Positions 7,196 through 16,617 are shown, counted from the first letter of the stretch. The stretch is 64,000 nt of DNA from an uncultured Lachnospiraceae bacterium (GCA_963557065.1 CAUWCT010000043.1:4197-68196), one strand, 5' to 3'. Numbers and translations: made by a program. Notes: generated by a model not told the origin, from the sequence alone.

Positions 7196-9637
7196 CTACA
7201 AGAATTTGAGATCGCCGGATTCTAAAACCACCTCTACTTTATCTCCCACTTTCACAGTGCCGTCCAATACCGCCTCTGCCAGCTTGTCCTCCAGCAGATT
7301 CTGAATGGTTCTTCTCAAAGGACGGGCGCCGTACTTTTCATCATACCCCTTTTCTACCAAAAATTCTTTGGCCTGGCCGGTTACGGAAATCTCAATATCC
7401 ATCTGCTCCTTTGCCCGCTTTTCAACGGATTTTAACATAATGGAGACAATTTCCTTCATATGCTCTTTGTTAAGCTGGTGGAATACGATAATGTCATCAA
7501 TCCGGTTTAAAAACTCCGGTTTAAACAGGCGTTTCACCTCATCCATGACCCGCCCCTTCATAAAGGTATAATTTTCCTTTTCATCACTGGCAGATGCAAA
7601 GCCTAAGCGTTTTGGCGAGATAATATTTTCTGCCCCTGCATTGGAAGTCATAATGAGAATTGTATTTTTAAAATCGATCCTGCGTCCCTGGGCATCTGTA
7701 ATATGGCCGTCGTCCAACACCTGCAAAAGGATATTGAACACATCCGGATGCGCCTTTTCCACCTCATCAAACAAAATCACAGAATAGGGATTTCTGCGCA
7801 CTTTCTCACTAAGCTGCCCGCCTTCTTCATATCCTACATATCCTGGCGGAGAGCCAATCATCTTGGATACGCTGTGCTTTTCCATATATTCAGACATGTC
7901 CACCCGGATCAGGGCATTTTCTGTGCCGAACATGGCTTCTGCAAGAGCCTTGCAAAGTTCCGTCTTTCCTACGCCCGTAGGACCTAAAAACAGGAAGGAG
8001 CCAATGGGGCGTTTTGGATCTTTTAAGCCAACCCTGCCTCTTCGGATTGCCTTGGAGACAGCCGTCACCGCCTCTTCCTGGCCTACTACCCGCTCATGAA
8101 GAATGGATTCCAGCTTCTTTAACCGCTCTGACTCTTCTTCTTCCAGCTTGCGGACCGGAATCTTGGTCCATCCGGCAACCACGTCCGCGATTTCGTTTTC
8201 ATCTACAATTCTCGGACGGCTGCTCCGCTCTTTTTCCCATTTTGCGCGGATTTTTTCAATCTTTTCCCGTTTCTTTTCCTGCTTCTTTTTGATTTCCGCC
8301 GCCTTTTCATAGGCTTCTGTCCGGATAGCGTTTTCCTTTTGTTTTTCCAGGGCATGAATGCCCTCTTCCAAATCCTTAATCTCCGGCGGCTCTGCAAATC
8401 CGGCCAGACGCACTTTGGAAGATGCTTCGTCAATTAAGTCAATGGCTTTGTCCGGAAGGAAGCGATCGTTGATGTAGCGGGCAGACAGCTTGACTGCCGC
8501 CTCCAACGCCTCATCGGTTATGGTCACTTTATGGTGTTCCTCATACCTGGCTTTTAACCCTTTTAAAATCTCTACCGCCTCTGTCTCTGACGGTTCTTCC
8601 ACTGTAACCGGCTGGAACCTTCTCTCCAGCGCTGAATCCTTTTCAATGTATTTGCGGTATTCCTCTACAGTTGTGGCTCCAATCAGCTGGAGTTCTCCTC
8701 TGGCTAAAGACGGCTTTAAAATATTGGATGCATCCAGCGCCCCTTCTGCCCCTCCTGCGCCGATGATGGTATGAATCTCATCAATAAACAGGAGTACATT
8801 GCCATCCTGGGTCACTTCGGAAATCACGTTTTTAATGCGCTCCTCAAACTCTCCCCGGTATTTGGACCCGGCTACCATGCCGGAAAGATCCAGAGTCATA
8901 ACCCGCTTGTCTGCAATGGTATCCGGCACGTCTCCGGAAGCAATTAACTGGGCCAGTCCCTCTACTACTGCTGTCTTTCCAACTCCCGGCTCTCCAATGA
9001 GACAGGGATTATTTTTCGTGCGCCGGCTTAAAATCTGCACAACTCTCTGCATTTCCGTCTGACGTCCGATTACCGGGTCCAGTTTTCCCTCTTTTGCCAG
9101 GGCAGTCAAATCCCTGCTGTAGGCATCCAGAGTCGGAGTCTCCCGCCTTGCACCTGCACTTTTTCCATTCATCGCCTCGGAGCGGGCTAAAGACGGTGCG
9201 TCTTCTCCCATAGCTACCAAAAGATCCACATTAATCTTCTGAACGCTGATTCCCATGGTATTTAACAGACGGGCCGCCACACAGTCCCCGTCCCGAATCA
9301 TAGCTAGCAAAAGATGCTCGGTGCCAATGAGAGGCGCTTTGAAACGGATGGCCTCCCGATAGCTGTTTTCAATGGCTCTTCTGGCACTGGGCGTATAATT
9401 TTCCTGTTCCGCCAGTCCTACGGTATTATCCGGGGCAATGAGCTGGCTGATCAGGCTTAATATCTTTTTTTCCTCTACTCCATTTTCCGTCAGCACTCTG
9501 GCCGCCACACCGCTGCCTTCTCTTAAAAGTCCCAACAGCAGATGCTCGGTCCCCACATAGCTGCGCCCCAGTTCTTCTGCTGCATCCACAGCCAGGCTGA
9601 TGGCCTCCTTTGCTTTGGCAGTAAATCGATCGATCAT
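7196..9637 (-). CDS. clpC: ATP-dependent Clp protease ATP-binding subunit ClpC
   Basis: Double Clp_N repeat at the N-terminus, two AAA+ modules (GEPGVGKT and GPTGVGKT) and a UVR-like coiled coil between them. Confidence 0.95.
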   Translation of the reverse strand: MIDRFTAKAKEAISLAVDAAEELGRSYVGTEHLLLGLLREGSGVAARVLTENGVEEKKILSLISQLIAPDNTVGLAEQENYTPSARRAIENSYREAIRFKAPLIGTEHLLLAMIRDGDCVAARLLNTMGISVQKINVDLLVAMGEDAPSLARSEAMNGKSAGARRETPTLDAYSRDLTALAKEGKLDPVIGRQTEMQRVVQILSRRTKNNPCLIGEPGVGKTAVVEGLAQLIASGDVPDTIADKRVMTLDLSGMVAGSKYRGEFEERIKNVISEVTQDGNVLLFIDEIHTIIGAGGAEGALDASNILKPSLARGELQLIGATTVEEYRKYIEKDSALERRFQPVTVEEPSETEAVEILKGLKARYEEHHKVTITDEALEAAVKLSARYINDRFLPDKAIDLIDEASSKVRLAGFAEPPEIKDLEEGIHALEKQKENAIRTEAYEKAAEIKKKQEKKREKIEKIRAKWEKERSSRPRIVDENEIADVVAGWTKIPVRKLEEEESERLKKLESILHERVVGQEEAVTAVSKAIRRGRVGLKDPKRPIGSFLFLGPTGVGKTELCKALAEAMFGTENALIRVDMSEYMEKHSVSKMIGSPPGYVGYEEGGQLSEKVRRNPYSVILFDEVEKAHPDVFNILLQVLDDGHITDAQGRRIDFKNTILIMTSNAGAENIISPKRLGFASASDEKENYTFMKGRVMDEVKRLFKPEFLNRIDDIIVFHQLNKEHMKEIVSIMLKSVEKRAKEQMDIEISVTGQAKEFLVEKGYDEKYGARPLRRTIQNLLEDKLAEAVLDGTVKVGDKVEVVLESGDLKFL

Positions 9638-9666
9638 ATTGTGTCCTCCTAAACAGTTGCAATTCG

Positions 9667-10710
9667 TTATCGTTCTTCCCTGAGTTCAGGAAGTTCTTCC
9701 CGCAAATACGCGGCTCTGGCAATGTCCAGTTCTTCCTGGCTTAAAGGACGGCTGGACAACTTCTGCAGATTGGCAGTCTGAATCCCCAGCATCAGGGAGT
9801 AAATGGAACATGGCTCTTTTGTGTGAATCAGGCCGTCCGCTATACCGGACATCAGCTGAGACAGAAAAATCATCGCGTCTTTTTTTGTCAGCCGTCTGGC
9901 GAATTTCAGGACGCCGTAAGACTTATACGCCTCGTCTTCCCTCTCCAGACGGTGATTTTCCAGAGCCATTTTACGCACCTTTTTCTCCTGAGCGTCCAGT
10001 TGTCTGGCAATCTTGGTAACCAGTTCGATTATATCCTTTTCGCTTTGTCCCAGAGTCTTTTGATTGGCAATCTCGTAAAGGGCTCCGTAATTGTCGCTTC
10101 CCTCTCCGTACACGCCCCGGATGCTTACTCCAAACCGGCTCATCTCTGCCAGAAGATTCTGAAACCGTTTCCCCATGGAAAGGGTCGGAAGGTGCAGGAT
10201 GGCCGATGCCCGCAGCCCGGTTCCCACATTGGTGGGGTAAGAGGTAAGATAGCCGTATTTTTCATCATAGGCATACGAAAAATGGGTATTGACGTAATCA
10301 TCCAGTTTATCCGCTCTCTGCCACAATTCATCCAGATGAAGCCCCGGCGACATAACCTGAAGCCGGATATGATCATCTCCATTTAAAATAAAACTGGTGC
10401 CTTCATCTTCTGAAATAATAATTCCTGTGGGGCTTTTCTTCGCCACTGTGCCGGAATTTAAAATTCTTCTTTCCCTGAGCGCCAGCCGATCCAGCTCTTT
10501 TAATTCTTCCAGAAACGCATATTCGTAAACGTTCCCATCCTCTTCTTTCAGATCTTTTAACCCGTTTTCAAGGCGTTTCACTACTTCTTTTCCTTCCTCA
10601 TCTGAAAGAGTCTGAGGAAACCGGTAGGCATCCCAGTTTCTTGCCAGGCGTACCCGGCTGTACACTACATTTCCTGAGGAAGTCTCCGGCTTTTCAAACC
10701 ATCTAAGCAT
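9667..10710 (-). CDS. mcsB: Protein arginine kinase McsB
   Basis: Phosphagen-kinase-like domain (NEEDHIRLQ-type segment ILNGDDHIRLQV, TNVGTGLRAS). The ATG at 10710 overlaps the mcsA stop by 8 nt (ATGCTTAG). Confidence 0.9.
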   Translation of the reverse strand: MLRWFEKPETSSGNVVYSRVRLARNWDAYRFPQTLSDEEGKEVVKRLENGLKDLKEEDGNVYEYAFLEELKELDRLALRERRILNSGTVAKKSPTGIIISEDEGTSFILNGDDHIRLQVMSPGLHLDELWQRADKLDDYVNTHFSYAYDEKYGYLTSYPTNVGTGLRASAILHLPTLSMGKRFQNLLAEMSRFGVSIRGVYGEGSDNYGALYEIANQKTLGQSEKDIIELVTKIARQLDAQEKKVRKMALENHRLEREDEAYKSYGVLKFARRLTKKDAMIFLSQLMSGIADGLIHTKEPCSIYSLMLGIQTANLQKLSSRPLSQEELDIARAAYLREELPELREER

Positions 10711-11278
10711 TGCTTTCTTCCCCCTTTTCTTTTTCCAATTCCCGGATCTGATCCCGGTATCTGGCAGCCTGTTCATACTCTTCGCTGGAAATAGCGGATG
10801 CCAGACGGGCCTTTAACAGTTCAATCTGATCCCTGACCGAGGCCGGCTCATCCTTTTCATCCTCTTTTCCCAAAATCTGCGAAACCGGATGAATTTTCTG
10901 AAACTTTGGCTGCTTTCCCACATGGGCATCCCCGCCCTGAAGCTTTTTAATATTGTCGCTCATCAGCAGGTCAAATACACTGTAGCAGTCCATACAGCCA
11001 AACCGGCTGTTGCTTACAAACTCTTCATAACTGGTGCCGCAGGAAGGGCAGACCACCTGGGCCATCTTATCTTCTTGTCGGTCTTCTTCGTCGTCAATGC
11101 CTAAAAGTCCAGACAACAGTTTTCCCAGAGGAAATTCCCCGTCAAAAATAGCGGAATATCCGGTAAAATCCATTTCCCTGGCACATTGGCTGCAAAGATT
11201 GTGCTCATTTTTTATTCCATTAATAATCTCTGTATACTTAATATTCGCCTCGCGAATCCTGCATCTTTCACACAGCAT
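10703..11278 (-). CDS. mcsA: McsA (zinc-finger plus UVR-domain activator of McsB)
   Basis: CERC...CSQC and CPSC...CMDC zinc-finger pairs, plus a C-terminal UVR motif EEYEQAARYRDQIRELE. Confidence 0.88.
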   Translation of the reverse strand: MLCERCRIREANIKYTEIINGIKNEHNLCSQCAREMDFTGYSAIFDGEFPLGKLLSGLLGIDDEEDRQEDKMAQVVCPSCGTSYEEFVSNSRFGCMDCYSVFDLLMSDNIKKLQGGDAHVGKQPKFQKIHPVSQILGKEDEKDEPASVRDQIELLKARLASAISSEEYEQAARYRDQIRELEKEKGEESNA

Positions 11279-11321
11279 AGATTATCCTCCTTGAGAAATC
11301 ACCCTGCCTTTCGCAAAATGA

Positions 11322-11708
11322 TTAAATTTCCCTGTCATTTTTCGCATAGCTGTCAAACACCTCATCCAGAAGCTGGTGAGCCTCTTTTCTGCTTACATTC
11401 CGGCAGATCCCCCTGGCAAGGACAACTTCCAACTCCTGGCGCATCTCTTCTAACGCCTGCATCTTATCCATATCCAGACAGATAAATGCTCCCTTTCTCC
11501 TGTCCAGTTTCACAAACCCTTCCTGTTTTAATACTGCATACGCTTTGTTGACTGTATGCATGTTAATCCCGATATTGTCAGCCAGTTGACGGACGGATGG
11601 AAGGGAGTCCCCATCCCGCAGCGTATCTGCGGCAATATCCATAATAATTTGATTGCACAGCTGCAGATACAGGGCCTCGTCACTGCTGAAATCAATTTTC
11701 CAGAGCAT
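11322..11708 (-). CDS. GntR-family (YtrA-like, short effector domain) transcriptional regulator, 128 aa, first gene of the mcsA-mcsB-clpC operon
   Basis: Winged-helix segment LPSVRQLADNIGINMHTVNKAYAVLKQEGFV. ATG at 11708. There is a 43-nt gap to mcsA. Confidence 0.8.
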   Translation of the reverse strand: MLWKIDFSSDEALYLQLCNQIIMDIAADTLRDGDSLPSVRQLADNIGINMHTVNKAYAVLKQEGFVKLDRRKGAFICLDMDKMQALEEMRQELEVVLARGICRNVSRKEAHQLLDEVFDSYAKNDREI

Positions 11709-11724
11709 GTTATCACCATCTTTC

Positions 11725-11771
11725 GTTATAACTGTTATAGTAATCTTATAACATTTAACGGAAATGGTCAA
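11725..11771 (-). promoter_or_regulatory. Promoter TTGACC-17-TAAGAT overlapped by three GTTATAAC-type palindromic boxes (candidate GntR operator)
   Basis: -35 at 11766-11771 and -10 at 11743-11748 on the minus strand. Boxes are GTTATAAC (11725), GTTATAGT (11734) and CTTATAAC (11745), spaced 9 and 11 nt apart. GTTATAAC is self-complementary. Confidence 0.5.
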
Positions 11772-12904
11772 GTTACAATTTGAAACATTTCATCCATCAT
11801 CAGCCAGTTGGCCCGAAAGTAGTTCATCAGCTGCCAATACCCTGCGCCCAGAAGGCCGTACTCTTTTATCAGTTCAAATTTGGCCAGTATGCTCCGCACG
11901 TCTTCAAACCACACTTCATGTTCGATCCCGTTTTGACTGTAGTGAAAATACGGGGACTTGGCAGTCTCATCAAATTGAATCTCTGCTCCCTGCTCAACTG
12001 CCAGACGGACTGCTTCCACATTGGAGACAGTCTTTGCCCTTGTCACTCCCTGCTTAAAAGGAAGGGGCCAATCATATCCGTAATTGGGAATTCCCAGACA
12101 AATCGTTTCTCCCGGTATCTCGGTTACTGCATACTCCACTACCTTTCGGACCATATGAATCGGCGCAACTGCCATAGGAGGCCCCTGGCTGTATCCCCAT
12201 TCATAGGTCATCAGCATTACGTAATTGGCCGCCTTGCCCAGAAGCCCGTAGTCAATTCCTTCATATAAAAGCCCTTTCTGATCCGCAGACGTCTTGGGAG
12301 ACAGAGCCACTGAAACCGAATATCCAAATAGATTTAAAGTTTTTCTGGCCTGACTTACAAACCTTGCAAATCGTTCTCTGTCTTCTGCCAGAACATATTC
12401 AAAATCAATGTCCAATCCCCGAAATCCCTTCTCCTGCATAGTCCGGCCCAGTTCCCAAATCAGTCTCCGGGAGGCATCCGGATTTCTCACCAGTTCCGAT
12501 ACCAGCTGATTGTTAAATCGTCCATCTTCTCCCAGCGGCGTAAGAGTAAGCACCGGAGCAGTCCTGGCCTCTTTGGCCTCTTCTATCATCCAGGTATCGT
12601 CCAATGCAGGAGGAATTAAATGCCCTTCCTTTGTAAATCCATAAGAAAATACATAAAGAGCGCTTAAAAACGGCAGAGTTTCGTTGAGGGTTCTGTAATG
12701 GATAAAGGTATATGCGTAACCAAAGGAAAAAAGAGGGCTTTGGTCAAAATAAGGATGCTTTTCTGCAAGATAAAGGGCCTGACCTATGGCCAGAGGATAT
12801 GGATAAAGGATTTGATTGTCATCTGCAATCTCTGATGCCGGAATACCGGCATCAGAAGCAATGGTATCCAAGGTATCTCCCTCTTTCACTACATAAATCG
12901 CCAT
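11768..12904 (-). CDS. LysM-domain glycoside hydrolase family 18 protein (YaaH/SleL-like spore peptidoglycan hydrolase)
   Basis: N-terminal LysM YVVKEGDTLDTIASDAGIPASEIADDN, and the GH18 catalytic motif GLDIDFEY (DxDxE). Confidence 0.85.
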   Translation of the reverse strand: MAIYVVKEGDTLDTIASDAGIPASEIADDNQILYPYPLAIGQALYLAEKHPYFDQSPLFSFGYAYTFIHYRTLNETLPFLSALYVFSYGFTKEGHLIPPALDDTWMIEEAKEARTAPVLTLTPLGEDGRFNNQLVSELVRNPDASRRLIWELGRTMQEKGFRGLDIDFEYVLAEDRERFARFVSQARKTLNLFGYSVSVALSPKTSADQKGLLYEGIDYGLLGKAANYVMLMTYEWGYSQGPPMAVAPIHMVRKVVEYAVTEIPGETICLGIPNYGYDWPLPFKQGVTRAKTVSNVEAVRLAVEQGAEIQFDETAKSPYFHYSQNGIEHEVWFEDVRSILAKFELIKEYGLLGAGYWQLMNYFRANWLMMDEMFQIVT

Positions 12905-12960
12905 AGCTGTCTCCGGCAGTTCTTTCCATCATGTATATGCCCACATCCGGCTAAAGATGC

Positions 12961-12999
12961 AAAAAGAGGGAGGAAACCGCCTTTGGTCTCCTGCCCTCT
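12961..12999 (-). terminator. Rho-independent terminator after the MBL-fold lipoprotein gene
   Basis: Minus strand AGAGGGCAGGA-N13-TTCCTCCCTCT followed by TTTTT. Confidence 0.65.
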
Positions 13000-13014
13000 T
13001 TCTGATTATGAAAC

Positions 13015-14118
13015 CTATTCGTTCAAAAAGCTGTCTTTCTGATCGATGACCTCCAGATTCTTTTTGTCATCCATCCGAACTTTTACTACGCCATCATAAA
13101 ATGTGTGATGGTACTGAGCGCCTTCTTTCTGATAGTTCTCGCAAACCGTCATGTTGGGCGCCTTGTCGTTCATGGCTACCACCACCTGGGGAGAGACGGC
13201 CTTGATCCATTTTTTTGAATTGGAAGTATCTTTTCCATGGTGATTGGCCTTTACCAGATCGCTGTGCAGCTTTTCCCCATACTGTTCTACATACTCCCTC
13301 TCCTGGGGAAGGTACAAATCTCCGCTGAACAATGCGGTAGACTCCCCATATGTAAACTTTAAGGTAAGGGAATTGTTATTTAAAAATTCTGTGCTGTTGT
13401 CTGGAAATCCTTCTGGATACTGAATATCCTCTCCGGGTCCCAACACTTCTACCTGAACCTGATCTCCAAACTGAAATACATCTCCGGTTTTTAAAAGATG
13501 GTTTTCTGCACTGCTTTTTTCCAGAGCAGCCATATAATTGTCATAGGTCTTTGTGGTATACTCCACATAGGAACGATACGTCTCCCCTACCGGAAACGCT
13601 TCCATTACCTCCGGAATCCCCCCAATGTGATCGATATGAGGATGAGATGCCACCAGATAGTCAATCTTTTCAATCCCCAAATCCTTTAATGCCTGAACCA
13701 CCATATCCCCTGCATCCGGATGGCCTGCATCCAACAGCATAACCTTGCCGTCCGGCGAAATCAAAATCGTAGAATCTCCCGCCTTATCCTCCGCATCCGG
13801 CTCTGTCTCTAAATTCAGAAAATAGGCGGTCAGCTTGCCTTCATCCTGGCTGCGATCCACAATTTCCTGATACCGGTCTATCTGGTCAGATCCCCCTGAC
13901 TCTTCTGTCTCACCGGACGTCTCCGGCTTTGTCTCTCCTGTCTGGCCGGATGTCTCCTGGCCAGTCTCTCCTGCCTGGGCTGCGTCAGTCCCGGCAGTCT
14001 GCTTAGTCCCCGCAGATGCCTGCGTTTGTGCCAAATCCGCTTCCCCGCCGCAGCCTGTTAAATAAAGCGCTGCCAGCAAAGCAATTCCCATTTGTTTCAA
14101 ACCTGATTTTCGTTTCAT
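13015..14118 (-). CDS. Metallo-beta-lactamase-fold lipoprotein (similar to the ComEC C-terminal domain)
   Basis: Lipobox LTGCGG, a Thr/Glu/Gly-rich linker, and MBL motifs LLDAGH and ASHPHIDHIGG. Confidence 0.8.
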   Translation of the reverse strand: MKRKSGLKQMGIALLAALYLTGCGGEADLAQTQASAGTKQTAGTDAAQAGETGQETSGQTGETKPETSGETEESGGSDQIDRYQEIVDRSQDEGKLTAYFLNLETEPDAEDKAGDSTILISPDGKVMLLDAGHPDAGDMVVQALKDLGIEKIDYLVASHPHIDHIGGIPEVMEAFPVGETYRSYVEYTTKTYDNYMAALEKSSAENHLLKTGDVFQFGDQVQVEVLGPGEDIQYPEGFPDNSTEFLNNNSLTLKFTYGESTALFSGDLYLPQEREYVEQYGEKLHSDLVKANHHGKDTSNSKKWIKAVSPQVVVAMNDKAPNMTVCENYQKEGAQYHHTFYDGVVKVRMDDKKNLEVIDQKDSFLNE

Positions 14119-14235
14119 TCTGATAAGCCTCCATTCAAGTCATTTTCTGTTCAAACAGGCGAAAAATCGTACTATCAGATTAGCATGAATTTGTGTATTT
14201 TGTCAACTATTTACGACTTATCAAGGAATTTTTTG

Positions 14236-14386
14236 GTAATAGTTCAGCCATGCGAAGATTCAGGCAGAAAAAAGCGTTGAAAACTTGCTTTCATAAGAGT
14301 TTTTCTGTCTGAATCTTTATAGGGCGGACGCCAGACGCTTCTTGTCCGCTGCAGGCGGGCAAGAAGATGCATGGCTGAACTGTTAC
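14236..14386 (+). mobile_element. 151-bp MITE, copy A (non-autonomous, highly structured)
   Basis: TIR GTAATAGTTCAGCCATGC / GCATGGCTGAACTGTTAC. Flanking 8-mers are ATTTTTTG and TTTTTTTG. It is 96% identical to copy B. Confidence 0.85.
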
Positions 14387-14430
14387 TTTTTTTGTAAGAA
14401 TTCAAACAGGAAAACGCGTTGAACGCTTCT

Positions 14431-15765
14431 TTAGTAATGGTATTTCTTTCTTTTTGCAATCAAGAACAGCATGGAGATCAGAAATGCACAGATTTCTGCT
14501 ACCGTAATTGCCAGCCAGATTCCGTCAATTCCTAAAAATATCGGCAGAATCAATACGGAAAGCAGCTGAAATACCAGAGTCCGCAAAAAGGAAACTGCTG
14601 CAGACACTCCTCCATTGTTTAAGGCTGTAAAGAAAGAAGAGACAAAAATGTTGATGCCAGACAGAACAAACGCAAAGGAGAATATCTGGAATGCGTGTCT
14701 GGTCATGGCAAAAAGTTCCGGATCATATCCTACGAAAATCCGGGCCAGAGGACCTGCCAGAACCTGCGCCAGACCCATCATAATTACGCCTATGGTTCCC
14801 ATAATCAGAAGGCTCTTTTTCAGCATACTTTTCAGTTCGCTGTGATTTCCGGCCCCATAGTGATAACCTATAATGGGCGCTGTTCCAATGGAATATCCAA
14901 TGAAAATGGCAATAAAAATAAACTGGACATACATAAGAACACCGTAAGCCGCTACTCCGTTTTCTCCTGCAAACCGAATCAACTGGAAATTGTACAGCAT
15001 ACTGACAATGGATGAGGAAATATTGGTCATCAATTCAGAAGAACCGTTGATGCAGGCTTTAATAAGGGGACCAGCTTCCATCCGGGTTTTCTTTAACTGC
15101 AGCAGACTGTCATTGGGGCGAAGGAAATAAATTAAAGGCAGAATGCCGCCGACGCACTGGCTGATTCCGGTGGCAATGGCCGCACCTGCCACGCCCCAGT
15201 GAAACACTGCAATAAATAAAGCGTCCAGCACCATATTGGTAATTCCGGCTGCAACTGTAGCCGCCAGTCCCAGTTTCGGCTTTTCTGCCGTAATCAGGAA
15301 ACTCTGAAATACATTCTGCAGCATAAATGCAGTATTAAAAAACAGGACAGAACGGCTGTAAATCACACATTCCTGAAGCATTCCTTCTGTTGCCCCAAGA
15401 AAAATGGCAATGGGGCGGATAAATACAATTCCGACTATGGATGAAAGAATACCCAGGATCAAAGTCAGATAAATCATCATGGTAAAATACCGGTGGGCCA
15501 GTTCCTTTTTTCCTTCTCCCAGAGTCTTTGCCACCAGCGCGCTTCCGCCGGTACCGATCATAAAACCGATTCCGCCCAAAACCATAATAAAAGGCATTAC
15601 CAGGTTAATTGCGGCAAAAGATGTCTTTCCCACAAAGTTTGACACAAAGAGACCGTCTACCACACCATAGATGGAAGTGAATACCATCATAATAATAGAC
15701 GGCACGCAAAAACGGAATAATTTTTTATAAGTAAAATGTTCAGATAACTGAATTTGCTGCTTCAT
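14431..15765 (-). CDS. MATE-family efflux transporter
   Basis: 12-TM profile with a MATE-typical N-terminus (KKLFRFCVPSIIMMVF) and repeated GxG-rich helices. Confidence 0.88.
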   Translation of the reverse strand: MKQQIQLSEHFTYKKLFRFCVPSIIMMVFTSIYGVVDGLFVSNFVGKTSFAAINLVMPFIMVLGGIGFMIGTGGSALVAKTLGEGKKELAHRYFTMMIYLTLILGILSSIVGIVFIRPIAIFLGATEGMLQECVIYSRSVLFFNTAFMLQNVFQSFLITAEKPKLGLAATVAAGITNMVLDALFIAVFHWGVAGAAIATGISQCVGGILPLIYFLRPNDSLLQLKKTRMEAGPLIKACINGSSELMTNISSSIVSMLYNFQLIRFAGENGVAAYGVLMYVQFIFIAIFIGYSIGTAPIIGYHYGAGNHSELKSMLKKSLLIMGTIGVIMMGLAQVLAGPLARIFVGYDPELFAMTRHAFQIFSFAFVLSGINIFVSSFFTALNNGGVSAAVSFLRTLVFQLLSVLILPIFLGIDGIWLAITVAEICAFLISMLFLIAKRKKYHY

Positions 15766-16249
15766 TTTTTCTGCTGTCCCTCTCCTTCTTTTTCCGGCTG
15801 ATCAGGCCGGCTGTCTCCATTTCTTTTTTCAGATTTTCTGTGTAAACAAAAAACAGGTGCAAAAGCCTCTCTCTTTCTGACTCCGGCATATTGCAGAACG
15901 CCCGGTACTCTGCATCCATCACTGCATCTGCTGTCTTTGCTGCAAGCCGGATGCCGGATTCTGTCAGCTTTACCAGTTTGCTTCTTCGATCTTTCCCCTG
16001 AACCTGCTCTATCATTCCCTCTGCTTCCATCTTTTTCAACGCAGAGTTAATGGTCTGTTTGGGTTCGTAAAGCATACTGCAGACTTCCCTTTGAGTTGCC
16101 ATGTTATTGCTTTCCCGCAGAGTATATAAAATCCAGAATGCTGTATCTGATAAACCCAGCGTCTTTGCCGCTCCCCGATACAGGTCATTATTTTCCTTAA
16201 AAATCTGATTGTATTCCCGAAGAATTTTATCTGTCATCCAAAGACTCAC
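15740..16249 (-). CDS. MarR-family transcriptional regulator (GTG start), overlapping the MATE start by 26 nt
   Basis: Winged-helix segment TQREVCSMLYEPKQTINSALKKMEAEGMI. GGAGG lies 8 nt before the GTG at 16249. Confidence 0.85.
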   Translation of the reverse strand: MSLWMTDKILREYNQIFKENNDLYRGAAKTLGLSDTAFWILYTLRESNNMATQREVCSMLYEPKQTINSALKKMEAEGMIEQVQGKDRRSKLVKLTESGIRLAAKTADAVMDAEYRAFCNMPESERERLLHLFFVYTENLKKEMETAGLISRKKKERDSRKNEAANSVI

Positions 16250-16284
16250 ATTTTCTGCCTCCTTGTTTTTTTAGTTGAAATAAT

Positions 16285-16335
16285 TAGTCCGAAATCGGAT
16301 GTTTTTGATGTCATTCTGTATTATAGTCCGAAATC
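16285..16335. promoter_or_regulatory. Two copies of TAGTCCGAAATC spaced 39 bp apart, upstream of marR (candidate operator)
   Basis: Exact 12-mers at 16285-16296 and 16324-16335. The first is embedded in the palindromic arms TCCGA-AA-TCGGA. Confidence 0.4.
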
Positions 16336-16361
16336 AGACTTTTGTCAAGAATTGTTACATG

Positions 16362-16398
16362 AAAAAAAGGACTGCCACTTCATAAAGCGACAGCCCTC
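16362..16398 (-). terminator. Strand-specific rho-independent terminator closing the cinA-to-ytfJ gene string
   Basis: Minus strand GGGCTGTC-N12-GGCAGTCC followed by T7. The two G.U pairs would be A.C mismatches on the plus strand. Confidence 0.6.
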
Positions 16399-16409
16399 TG
16401 ATATCTGAA

Positions 16410-16547
16410 CTAACAACAAAATAAATTGTATCCCACTACCAGACACCCGATAATAAACACCAATGTCCCGAAGGTTTCCGGTATAAACAGCATCACCGTC
16501 ATTCCGGCGCCAAAACAAAACAGCATTAATCCGCAGACCCGCTTCAT
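16410..16547 (-). CDS. Unlisted 45-aa hydrophobic micro-protein (MKRVCGLMLFCFGAGMTVMLFIPETFGTLVFIIGCLVVGYNLFCC)
   Basis: My own translation. GGAGGA lies 6 nt before the ATG at 16547. There are two predicted TM segments, and the terminator follows directly. It is below the 60-aa cut-off of the ORF track. Confidence 0.5.
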   Translation of the reverse strand: MKRVCGLMLFCFGAGMTVMLFIPETFGTLVFIIGCLVVGYNLFCC

Positions 16548-16617
16548 AGAAATCCTCCGTTTTCACCTCTATAAAGTATCCTATGCAGCAGCAGGCGGGT
16601 CTATGCCGCCCCTGTCT

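Noticed and set aside
14244-14459. ORFs inside the MITE copies (also 31175..31363). A 42-codon frame, ATGCATCTT...CATGGCTGA, is intact in all three copies (MHLLAR...ESSHG).
   Set aside because: Almost every nucleotide difference between copies is non-synonymous (LQ/VR/PW, D/G, A/T, P/S), so there is no protein-level constraint. The substitutions instead track RNA/DNA stem pairing. There is no RBS. The frame survives only because the copies are young and free of indels.
16345-16566. The listed 73-aa ORF between marR and ytfJ.
   Set aside because: It has no RBS, odd composition, and reads through the terminator hairpin. An alternative-frame 45-aa ORF with a strong RBS explains the region better.
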